Source: a virus. Taken from it: a stretch of 64,000 nucleotides of DNA. Below, one piece after another: positions 39,683 to 47,897 of this stretch. The stretch is taken from the IMG/VR virus record IMGVR_UViG_3300047089_000244, positions 32,001 to 96,000 of that record, one strand, 5' to 3'. A program made the position numbers and the translations under genes. The stretch's first letter is position 1; each line of letters starts with the position of its first letter. The notes beneath the pieces were generated by a model that searched no databases, was not told the origin of the DNA, and was given only the letters and a program-made list of their open reading frames with translations.

Positions 39683-39943
39683 TCAGTGAGTGTATCCTGA
39701 TCCAGGGATTAAGAGTTTGCACTCGCTGCATTCTACGCTCACGGCGTAAACATCCATGTCAGCATAGATGACCGGGCATGTGCCATCCGCATAGCTACCA
39801 GTCGGGTATGCCTCGGCAGTCATGTCCAATTGTGTGAGGAACTTGCGTGAGCCACACTGTTTACAAGCGAAGGGAGCATGCTTCACCTTCGCGTTGAGAG
39901 TAAACCCGCACGTTCCCGTCTCAGTGATGATGACGTGACTCAT
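39683..39943 (-). CDS. Zn-ribbon protein
   Basis: CKQCG..CSEC. Confidence 0.55.
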   Translation of the reverse strand: MSHVIITETGTCGFTLNAKVKHAPFACKQCGSRKFLTQLDMTAEAYPTGSYADGTCPVIYADMDVYAVSVECSECKLLIPGSGYTH

Positions 39944-40114
39944 GGTAGTACGGATGCTACGAAGGCAGCGATGCCAACTGTGAAAGTGCTAAGACAAATG
40001 GCAGTAAGCAACGGAACGCCAATGATAACTGTGCAGATCACAACGGCCAACCAAGCCACGACAACAATTTTGATGAGCGTCTTGTCATCTACAAGAGCGT
40101 CTGGCTTCATGAGC

Positions 40115-40756
40115 CTACGATCCTGTGACTACATCGGTGATCGTTACGCTATCGGTAGCTTCTTTAATTTCTGCCGTTGCGGTCAGAAGCGATTCAAACA
40201 TCAAGATGCCACCATTATGCGCATTGAAGACACCGATCTTTGCCAAAGTAACTGGCGTAATGTCTTTGGCATTCGCAGTGAAGGTGAGTTTGATTTCGTA
40301 TTCTTTACCCCCGAGATATTTGAATGTGGCGAGGGCTCGGATCAGTCCACCTTCGGCTGTTTTGATCTCACCTTTAAGGGTTTCGTTTGATTCTTTGGGT
40401 TCTGCCGTGTCGGCCGAGACCCCTACCCAAGCTGCCGGGGTGGCGCCTGAAACGATAGAGAAGGCTGCGCTTTCGGCAGGCGGTTCTCCTTCAATACTAC
40501 GATTATCAGTTGGTTTCGCAGCAGTTGGGAGCTTCTCCCAACGAGCAACCGTCAGGACGGTTTCTGTATTTTTTGAGACGGTTCCTACGACCGATCCTGA
40601 ATACACATCTTGACCTACAAATTGTTCTGCTACCCATTTAGGAGCACTCGCTGCTTCAAGGGTTGTCGATGAAGATGCTTTAATGGTGCCTGTGAATCCA
40701 TTGCCCAGGTCGCCAATGGCGTTTGCCCAGAGTACTTTGCCCTTGGTAGTAATCAT
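40115..40756 (-). CDS. Virion structural protein (tail-collar/baseplate-fibre N-terminal-like fold)
   Basis: WVGVSAD..LKGEI..KIGVFNA..GGILMF; late motif upstream. Confidence 0.6.
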   Translation of the reverse strand: MITTKGKVLWANAIGDLGNGFTGTIKASSSTTLEAASAPKWVAEQFVGQDVYSGSVVGTVSKNTETVLTVARWEKLPTAAKPTDNRSIEGEPPAESAAFSIVSGATPAAWVGVSADTAEPKESNETLKGEIKTAEGGLIRALATFKYLGGKEYEIKLTFTANAKDITPVTLAKIGVFNAHNGGILMFESLLTATAEIKEATDSVTITDVVTGS

Positions 40757-40787
40757 ATCGTCTGTTACCTCGCCGAAGTCCCGAATC

Positions 40788-41189
40788 CTACAGTGGCGGT
40801 CCGGCTTCAGTGAAGCGACCGCTTAGAAGCGGGTAGTCGTCTTTGGGTGGATTAGGTTCCGTCGCGTGAAGCGTGTAGTTGGCTTTCTTGAATGTAACAG
40901 CTTCGAACTGAGCTTTGGTAACGTAGATTTCGACCAGGCCATTTTTCGGTTCTTTAAGAAGGTAACCTCCGAAAATCACACCACCATTACTCGTAGTCAG
41001 TTCGAGCGGTTCACCCGATTGGCCCGAAAGGGGTTGTAGTATAGCGAGCCCTGTATATCCGGTCAGGTCATGAGGTTTGATTACAGGTTTGCCTTCGACT
41101 AGTGTTTCGTCTTTCCATTCGAAGGCGTAGCGGAATGTAGAACCTCTCCACCAAGGGAAATTCTTGTGTGCTGGCAGGAAGCTCGACAT
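40788..41189 (-). CDS. BppU-like Ig-fold virion protein
   Basis: RGSTF..W..PHDLTGY..LTTSNGG..LSGRF; start re-assigned to 41189 after the late motif. Confidence 0.6.
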   Translation of the reverse strand: MSSFLPAHKNFPWWRGSTFRYAFEWKDETLVEGKPVIKPHDLTGYTGLAILQPLSGQSGEPLELTTSNGGVIFGGYLLKEPKNGLVEIYVTKAQFEAVTFKKANYTLHATEPNPPKDDYPLLSGRFTEAGPPL

Positions 41190-41271
41190 CTCATCTATTA
41201 CATACTGAGATGGCTGCGAACTTCTTGATGGCTCACGACATCTTTTTCCACACTCCGTGATATAATATGCG

Positions 41272-42237
41272 ATGGCAAAGACACAATCAACATCGGTCGG
41301 ATTGGGTGGTTCTCTCAAGCCACGGCTCATCAAGGAGAAAAAGAAGTCAAAGGTTTACTCCTTTACGACCAAGAAATTTGGGCGATTTGCTTACACTCGC
41401 GATCCAGGCGAGGCGTCGCTCTTTATGACGCAAATGCTTTCGACACGATTGGGAGCTATTCTTCGAGGTCCCGATTATAGTATACGCGGCCAGATGCACC
41501 GTGGTCCAATTCTCGATGAATTTGATCTTGGCTCGGGCAAGGTTACCAACATGGGAGTTTCGGCTCTCGCAAATGACTTTGCTTGGGAAACGGAAGCGGC
41601 AGAACCAATCAACACTCTTAACGTTTGCAAGTACATGAGTTGGGGAACGGGCACAGGTGAAGGCGAAGTCTTCAACTGGAAACTGGAAACCGAAGCTGAA
41701 AACGAAGCGAGCAAAAAAGAAGCCGTTGTTGCTTCAACACGTAAATTGACATTCATCGCAGCAGGTAATGCTAAGCTCGTCATCACAGCTACCTTGGAAG
41801 CTAACCTCGCAGGCCCAACAGCAATCACTGAGTGGGGGCTCTTTTCTGCGGCAAAGACCGCAGGTGAAGCTCAGAAAGCTGCTACTGGAACTTCGGCGAT
41901 AACTTTGACCGACACGGCAAAACTCGTAAAACCAGGTGAAACAGCTTCCGCAGCCAAAACACGCGGAGCGCAGAACTATATCGTCTGGGCTAAAGAAAAA
42001 GGTGCAGCAGAAAACGAAGACCTCATTGGCCTTATTACGAAAAACACCTCAGAAGTTGCCACCGTTCCTGCTTGGGAGAAAGGTGCCTCAGCAGGAGGCC
42101 CAACGACACCGTACGAAAAAACCAAATACACCATTTATCCTCTCATGTGGGATCGTCGTAAATTCGCTGCGATCAACGTAGAAAAAGGCAACAAAATCGA
42201 ATTCCCTTATGAATTGGAAATCAAATCGGGCGGCTAA
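41272..42237 (+). CDS. Virion structural protein (paralog of 40115-40756)
   Basis: GTGTG..ETE..AITEWGLFSA..MWDRRKFAAINV..IEF. Confidence 0.65.
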   Translation: MAKTQSTSVGLGGSLKPRLIKEKKKSKVYSFTTKKFGRFAYTRDPGEASLFMTQMLSTRLGAILRGPDYSIRGQMHRGPILDEFDLGSGKVTNMGVSALANDFAWETEAAEPINTLNVCKYMSWGTGTGEGEVFNWKLETEAENEASKKEAVVASTRKLTFIAAGNAKLVITATLEANLAGPTAITEWGLFSAAKTAGEAQKAATGTSAITLTDTAKLVKPGETASAAKTRGAQNYIVWAKEKGAAENEDLIGLITKNTSEVATVPAWEKGASAGGPTTPYEKTKYTIYPLMWDRRKFAAINVEKGNKIEFPYELEIKSGG

Positions 42238-42266
42238 TTAGGCGCTTGAGATCCATTCTGATTCGG

Positions 42267-42290
42267 AGCCACCTTTCGAGGTGGCTTTTT
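42267..42290 (+). terminator. Intrinsic terminator
   Basis: AGCCACCT-TTCG-AGGTGGCT-TTTT. Confidence 0.85.
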
Positions 42291-42324
42291 GTTGCTCTAG
42301 ATCAATCCGCAGACGTAATAGACG

Positions 42325-43458
42325 ATGGCCCTTCCTGAGCTTCTAGCCAACTCTCCTACTCCCGGTACACGAGAAGCATATACAACGCTTGAAGCCGAAC
42401 TCAAAACTGGCGAAACCTCTGCGAAATTCACGTTGGCTCCGCCTGCGTCTTGTCGTGGCGCTGGGGCAGCGGGCATTGGTGGACAGTTCAGGGTTGTCAT
42501 CGACAAAGAGATCATCCTCTGTGAAGCAGGAGAATCCAAAACTGTCAAAATTCTCAATCGTAAAGTCGAGGAATCAGCAGAAGCCGCTCATATCAACGGT
42601 TCTCAAGTTTGGATTGTCCCTACTGCTGAAGGTGTTAAGCTGACTTCAGGATCTCTTATTGAAGTTATTACTTCCACCAAAAAATGGGTGAAGGCTAAAG
42701 GCGCTCAACTCTGTAATATTATTGTTATAGGCGGCGGAGGAGGTGGAGGGTCTGGTTCCGAGGCAGCGGAAAAAGTAGAAGCATCTGGTGGTGGTGGTGG
42801 TGGTGGTGGTGCAGTCAATCTCTATACCTTCCCTGCTGCCGTCCTAGCTGCTGAAGTCGAATGCACCATCGGCAAAGGTGGTGTGGGTGGTAAATCCAAA
42901 GAAGCTGAAGGCGAAGGTGAAGCTGGTAAAGCTGGAGAAGCTTCCCACTTCGGGGAATTGCTATTTGCTGCTGGAGGAACCGCTGGTGCTGCTGGTAAAG
43001 CTGGTACGGGAGGTGCCGCCGGAGCAGTCAACAAAGGAATTTATCCGGGTAACGCTGGGGGCAAAGGTGGAGCTAAAACTGTAGGTGAAGGTGCTCCCGC
43101 TGCAACCGGAGGTGGCGGAGGAGGCGGCGGAGGAGGGGGTGGACCTACTACTACTGTATTCGAAAAAGGTGGATCAGGTGGCCACTCTTTACTAGGCTCA
43201 GAAGCCAATGCAGCAGGCGGAGCAGCCGCAGGAGAAGCCGGTAAAGAAGGAGCCGAAGGACTATCTGAATCTGGTTTTCCGGGCCACGGCGGAGGGGGCG
43301 GAGCGGCAGGTTTCGATGCAACCGCTGGAAATGGTGGCAAAGGCGGTAAATATGGAGGCGGGGGTGGAGGCGGAGGCGGAGCCTCTCTTGTGGGTAAAAA
43401 AACTGGAGAAGGCGGAACAGGCGGAGAAGGCGTCGTCGTTGTTATCACGGAGTTCTAA
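42325..43458 (+). CDS. Glycine-rich fibre/adhesin protein
   Basis: VIGGGGGGGSG...GGTGGEGVVVVI glycine-rich domain; late motif upstream. Confidence 0.8.
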   Translation: MALPELLANSPTPGTREAYTTLEAELKTGETSAKFTLAPPASCRGAGAAGIGGQFRVVIDKEIILCEAGESKTVKILNRKVEESAEAAHINGSQVWIVPTAEGVKLTSGSLIEVITSTKKWVKAKGAQLCNIIVIGGGGGGGSGSEAAEKVEASGGGGGGGGAVNLYTFPAAVLAAEVECTIGKGGVGGKSKEAEGEGEAGKAGEASHFGELLFAAGGTAGAAGKAGTGGAAGAVNKGIYPGNAGGKGGAKTVGEGAPAATGGGGGGGGGGGGPTTTVFEKGGSGGHSLLGSEANAAGGAAAGEAGKEGAEGLSESGFPGHGGGGGAAGFDATAGNGGKGGKYGGGGGGGGGASLVGKKTGEGGTGGEGVVVVITEF

Positions 43459-43468
43459 GGGATAAGCC

Positions 43469-45742
43469 ATGCTGGGCGTAGACGATTTAGCAGAAGCGGA
43501 GCTTACAGGCGACACGGGATCTAATCGCTTATCTCTTAGCGCTATTCTTACATTTCTTGGCCAATTGCCAAGGAGCGTATCTTACGCTATCTCAACGCCT
43601 AGTTTAACTTTCCAAGGAACACTTACAAAAGCCTTTTCGATTGCTAAGTTATTGACAGCAACGTTTAATCTTTTTCTTGGTAGTGGTGAAAAGAACCCAA
43701 TCCTTGATCCAAGTTTTGAGTACGATGAAGTAGGCTCACACGCTCCCCCAGGATGGAATTTTCTTAGCAACTCAATAATCATCGAAGGAGCCGTTGGTAC
43801 TGTTACTAGTGGAGGAGGAGCTTTTGGAAACAAATACTTAAGCGTCACTACCACCGGAACGCACGAAACAGAAGGCGCGTCTACTGGTTTCGTGCAGCCG
43901 TGTACTTTGGGTGTACCAGTTACCACTTGGGTATGGTTGCGCGGCACTGCGGGAGAAAAAGTCACTGTAAAAGTACATGGTGATGGTGGTATGGGCGGAT
44001 CAGGTCTTTTCAAGACACTCACGTCATCATGGGCGCAATATTCGGCGGTATATACCCCGACTGCAAATGGACTAATCGCAATGGCTGTGCATACTATAGG
44101 GAAAACAGCCATGACGTTTGAAATGGATGCTGCGTCTTTCACATCGAACTATTTCGATGGTGACAGCCCACACACCATATGGGAGGGAACTCCAGGAAAT
44201 TCTATTTCGATCAAACAAATACTATCGCGTAATACTCTACACCAATTTGTGCCAAAATTGACATTCTTAGGTACAATCCAAAAAAACATTACACAAAAGC
44301 TCGAAGCCTCATTGACTTTTGTTGGTAACTTACAACGAGTTATCGTCAAAATTGTATCTGCGAGTTTATCCTTTGCGGGGTCATTAATTCACAATATGAT
44401 TCATGCATTAGCGGCTACTTTATCCTTTTTGGGAACGCTTACCAAAGTCTTTTCACTTACAAAGACCCTAACCGCAAACCTTTCTTTTCTTGGTTCTCTA
44501 AGTCACAACGTCACTCATACAATACAGTCTACTTTGAGCTTCTTGGGGTCTCTACGTAAATCATTTGAAATCACTAAGCACCTGCAAGCTGCCTTGACAT
44601 CCTCTGGGATTCTTCAACGAACAATAACGCATGCCTTCATAGCTACGTTAACGTTCCTTGGTTTATTACGATCGATAGCAATTAAGAATTTCTTAGCAAC
44701 TGTTACTTTCGCAGGTACTCTCCAACGTCGAATCACGCATGGACTAACTGCTCTCTTAACATTTTCTACGAGCTTGCTTGATCATACAATCTACGGACTC
44801 AAAGCAACCCTCACATTTGCTGGTGCGTTACCCAAACGATTCGAAATCACTAAGCGTCTTACAGCCACTCTTCCCTTTGTCGGCACTCTCCAACGTTATA
44901 TATCATTTACGCGTTCAGCAACGTTACAATTAGCCGGGGTCCTTGGAAATGCGACCATACATAGATTGTCTGCGACACTTACGTTTGTTGGCTCTCTTCC
45001 TCGCAACATTGCACGTCGCTTTTCTTCATCCATTAGTTCTGAAGGAGTGTTGAGCAAAAACACCTCGCGCGCTCTTACAGGTGTCGTTTCCTTCACAGGA
45101 TCGATAACCTCACGAATTACACATTCGTTTTCTGCTTCGCTTAGTCTTTCTGGAACACTCTCACGTTCGATCAAGCGCATGCTAGTGGCTTCTATAGGGT
45201 TATCTGGATCACTGGGGAGATCCATCGTCTATAAGCTCGAAGCGGCTCTCAGGCCGGTAGGAAGGCTCCAGCGGGCCATTCTACACCAGCTTGCAGGTGC
45301 ACTTGGGGTTTCAGGGAAAATGTCGAGAGAAATCTACTACCCATTGATCGCTAGTGTAACATTTGTCGGAACAGTAGGGCGCTCTGTCTTGCATCAATTT
45401 TATGCGGCCTTGGAAACGGTAGGTAAACTAACACTCAATGCATCAATCGTTAGGCGTTTCGTAGCAACACTAGATTTTAGCGGACAGATCGCGCATCGAA
45501 CCGTTATGCGTATTCTTGAAGGCACACTTAACTTTGTGGGCTCTATCTTTGAGAACCATGCCAAAGTTATTCGTCCTCTGACTGACTCCCTTGTACTTAA
45601 ACAGGAGAATATTCCCACTCTCACTGTGCGCCGAACAGAAATAGGTAATGTGTATGGTCTCGTCAACCACCTTGAGGGATATCCTGAAATGGAAATGCTA
45701 TCTATTGTGAAAAGACGAAAAGTTTTTAAAGAGGAAGATTAG
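43469..45742 (+). CDS. Repeat-rich virion protein with an inserted carbohydrate-binding-like domain
   Basis: Many ~19-21 aa L-x-A-x-L-x-F-x-G-x-L-x-R repeats; NPILDPSFE...YFDGD insert. Confidence 0.7.
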   Translation: MLGVDDLAEAELTGDTGSNRLSLSAILTFLGQLPRSVSYAISTPSLTFQGTLTKAFSIAKLLTATFNLFLGSGEKNPILDPSFEYDEVGSHAPPGWNFLSNSIIIEGAVGTVTSGGGAFGNKYLSVTTTGTHETEGASTGFVQPCTLGVPVTTWVWLRGTAGEKVTVKVHGDGGMGGSGLFKTLTSSWAQYSAVYTPTANGLIAMAVHTIGKTAMTFEMDAASFTSNYFDGDSPHTIWEGTPGNSISIKQILSRNTLHQFVPKLTFLGTIQKNITQKLEASLTFVGNLQRVIVKIVSASLSFAGSLIHNMIHALAATLSFLGTLTKVFSLTKTLTANLSFLGSLSHNVTHTIQSTLSFLGSLRKSFEITKHLQAALTSSGILQRTITHAFIATLTFLGLLRSIAIKNFLATVTFAGTLQRRITHGLTALLTFSTSLLDHTIYGLKATLTFAGALPKRFEITKRLTATLPFVGTLQRYISFTRSATLQLAGVLGNATIHRLSATLTFVGSLPRNIARRFSSSISSEGVLSKNTSRALTGVVSFTGSITSRITHSFSASLSLSGTLSRSIKRMLVASIGLSGSLGRSIVYKLEAALRPVGRLQRAILHQLAGALGVSGKMSREIYYPLIASVTFVGTVGRSVLHQFYAALETVGKLTLNASIVRRFVATLDFSGQIAHRTVMRILEGTLNFVGSIFENHAKVIRPLTDSLVLKQENIPTLTVRRTEIGNVYGLVNHLEGYPEMEMLSIVKRRKVFKEED

Positions 45743-46075
45743 ATGCCTGAACCAATCCTCAACACACTCAAAGCATCACTAGCACCATCTGGTGTTCTCC
45801 AACGAACTTTACAACATCGTATTCGTGCGCGGCTAGAGTTCATCAATGCCCATATCATTATCGCTGGGACCTTTATCCGGTTTGTGCGCGGTCCCGATCA
45901 ACTCATACGCTTTGCTCCTAAGGCGAATATCATACAGTTGGCCCCGGATACCTTCGAAGAGGAACTTCCGGAAGATAGGTCAAGGCTTATCAAGATGCGC
46001 AACCAAACTACCTTGATCTCATATGATCTCGCACAAAACGTACGAGAAATCAGCAAATCGTACTATGACGATTAG
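45743..46075 (+). CDS. Small protein carrying the same repeat unit
   Basis: LKASLAPSGVLQRTLQH. Confidence 0.5.
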   Translation: MPEPILNTLKASLAPSGVLQRTLQHRIRARLEFINAHIIIAGTFIRFVRGPDQLIRFAPKANIIQLAPDTFEEELPEDRSRLIKMRNQTTLISYDLAQNVREISKSYYDD

Positions 46076-46755
46076 CTAAGGATCATTCCAAGAATATTAC
46101 TCTTGCCGCCTTCCTCGCGCGGAGTCATTTTTCCAATAAACGGCAATGATGCACTAAACGTTTCTAATTCTTTAGTTACAGAGAAATTTGTCCAGGCTCC
46201 ATTCGTTGATTTGAAACATTCAAGCCCGACAAACCCTTTGGTATACACCGAATTAGCAACTTCATAGAGAAGAGTCCATGTTTCTGCGCCCGATTTGTGC
46301 CACGCTGAAACTTTTCCAGATTTTACCCCTAAGGCAACGCCGTCGCCTTCTTTCATCCCCGAAACAGTTATTCTTTCTAGTTCTGCTAAACCAGATTGAT
46401 TCAATGCAAATTTACATTGTCCGGCGCTGAGCCCTTCGTTGGTAAGAAGAAGGGTGTAACCCTTTTCTTCGCCGGTTGGGTTTGGCATACAACAGTTCAA
46501 ACGCACCGTGCCATTGAGCGCACTTTCAACGCCATAAATACTAGCAGTCACAACATTTTCGGTGAATTCCTGAGGAGTCCAATAGGCTGTGCTGATGGAC
46601 GTTGGCGATATCCCAACAAACTTTTCTTCTGCTATCTTTCCTCTATCTGTAGCTTCAAAAAAGGCACTACTCTCGGCCCATTTACCTCCATTATTGAGTG
46701 GATTTTCAGGGGGGCGTTTGAAACTATCAAGAACCTGAACAGGTGGGAGCGGCAT
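46072..46755 (-). CDS. Lectin/beta-sandwich-like virion protein
   Basis: LDSFKR..LN..W..GFVGL; ends with one FSASLPFIG repeat unit. Confidence 0.55.
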   Translation of the reverse strand: MPLPPVQVLDSFKRPPENPLNNGGKWAESSAFFEATDRGKIAEEKFVGISPTSISTAYWTPQEFTENVVTASIYGVESALNGTVRLNCCMPNPTGEEKGYTLLLTNEGLSAGQCKFALNQSGLAELERITVSGMKEGDGVALGVKSGKVSAWHKSGAETWTLLYEVANSVYTKGFVGLECFKSTNGAWTNFSVTKELETFSASLPFIGKMTPREEGGKSNILGMILS

Positions 46756-47708
46756 TACGCAACCTTAGCTACGTGTTCTATGAAAGCGCTAAGCGCCAAT
46801 CCTTCTGGTTCAGCAGAAATAGACAAAATATTGAGCCGCAGACGATCTTTAGTATGGAGTGCTACTGAAACGGTAACCGCTTTGACTTCTTCTTTTTTTA
46901 TTTTGAGTTTTTCGAGGCTCGGGATCGGTTTCCATTCTTTGGTACCTTCGGCATCGTAACGTTCAATGTTGTATTCGATTTCGTTCGCGCCTTTACCTTT
47001 AGCGAGTTCAACTTCGATACCGATAAGCGTCTGTGTCTCTTCCGTAGCCAACTTACGAAAAGGTCCCGGAATGATCCCTGACACTACTTTTTCAGCAACG
47101 GCCCACGTTGGAGACTCCATAACATGAACGTGGCCAAAGGGACTCCATTGTTCTCCAATTGATCCTGTCGTTTTGATGCAAATGTAGAATTGCTTAAGTT
47201 CTTCTACAAGGCGCACATCACCTTTGACGTTTCCTACGGTTGGTAGATTTGCTTCTTTCGCAACCGGAGGCATCCAATGATGCGGAGCAACTTCAAATAC
47301 TTTCCATTGTTCTTCAACCGTACCACTAGTTTTGATGCAAATGTAAAATTGGTCGGTTTCGGTTACGAGACGAACATCACCAACCGTGTTACCGCTAACT
47401 GGGAGTTCCGATTCTTTCGCAACCGGAGCTTTCCAGAATGGAACAAAGACATTGAGTTTGACGTATTCGGCTCCGTTGTAGAGGACGAGTTCTTTTGTTT
47501 CTTCAACCAGAAAGATATCGCCTTTGGCCACGGCAACTTTGGGCAGTTCAGATTCTTTTTTGACCGGGAAACGCCAATGAACTTCATATTCTTCCGTGAA
47601 TTTAGCTAGTCGTTTTTCGGCTTCTTGCGCATCTTCTTTGTCAAAAGGCGTGTTTTCACTTGGGAGGTCTTCCCAGTTGAACGGGGTGAATATAGCGGGA
47701 TAGGCCAT
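46755..47708 (-). CDS. Fibre protein with three W-x-x-PV-x-KE-x-x-LP...GD repeats
   Basis: Three internal repeats visible; late motif upstream. Confidence 0.7.
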   Translation of the reverse strand: MAYPAIFTPFNWEDLPSENTPFDKEDAQEAEKRLAKFTEEYEVHWRFPVKKESELPKVAVAKGDIFLVEETKELVLYNGAEYVKLNVFVPFWKAPVAKESELPVSGNTVGDVRLVTETDQFYICIKTSGTVEEQWKVFEVAPHHWMPPVAKEANLPTVGNVKGDVRLVEELKQFYICIKTTGSIGEQWSPFGHVHVMESPTWAVAEKVVSGIIPGPFRKLATEETQTLIGIEVELAKGKGANEIEYNIERYDAEGTKEWKPIPSLEKLKIKKEEVKAVTVSVALHTKDRLRLNILSISAEPEGLALSAFIEHVAKVA

Positions 47709-47717
47709 CGTCGCCTA

Positions 47718-47897
47718 TTACCCGTACGAATCGCAGTCTTTCGCGAATCGCCAGGGGAAATCGCGAATGTCCGTTACGATCAGCACGACACCGATGAGGA
47801 CCAAGATTGCGCCGTCCAGACCATGATGAAGATGTCGGTCGAAAACATAGACACGATGAGGATTGTGCTCCATGCGGAGAATATTACGTTTGCTCAT
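47718..47897 (-). CDS. Small membrane protein (MSKRNILR...LHHGLDGAILVLIG...)
   Basis: TAATG-coupled to the 545-aa gene; one transmembrane segment; manual translation. Confidence 0.5.
   Translation of the reverse strand: MSKRNILRMEHNPHRVYVFDRHLHHGLDGAILVLIGVVLIVTDIRDFPWRFAKDCDSYG

Noticed and set aside
42730-43435. GGT/GGC/GGA microsatellite-like tracts and an antisense poly-Pro ORF (43041-43448)
   Set aside because: Explained by the poly-Gly coding of the fibre protein.
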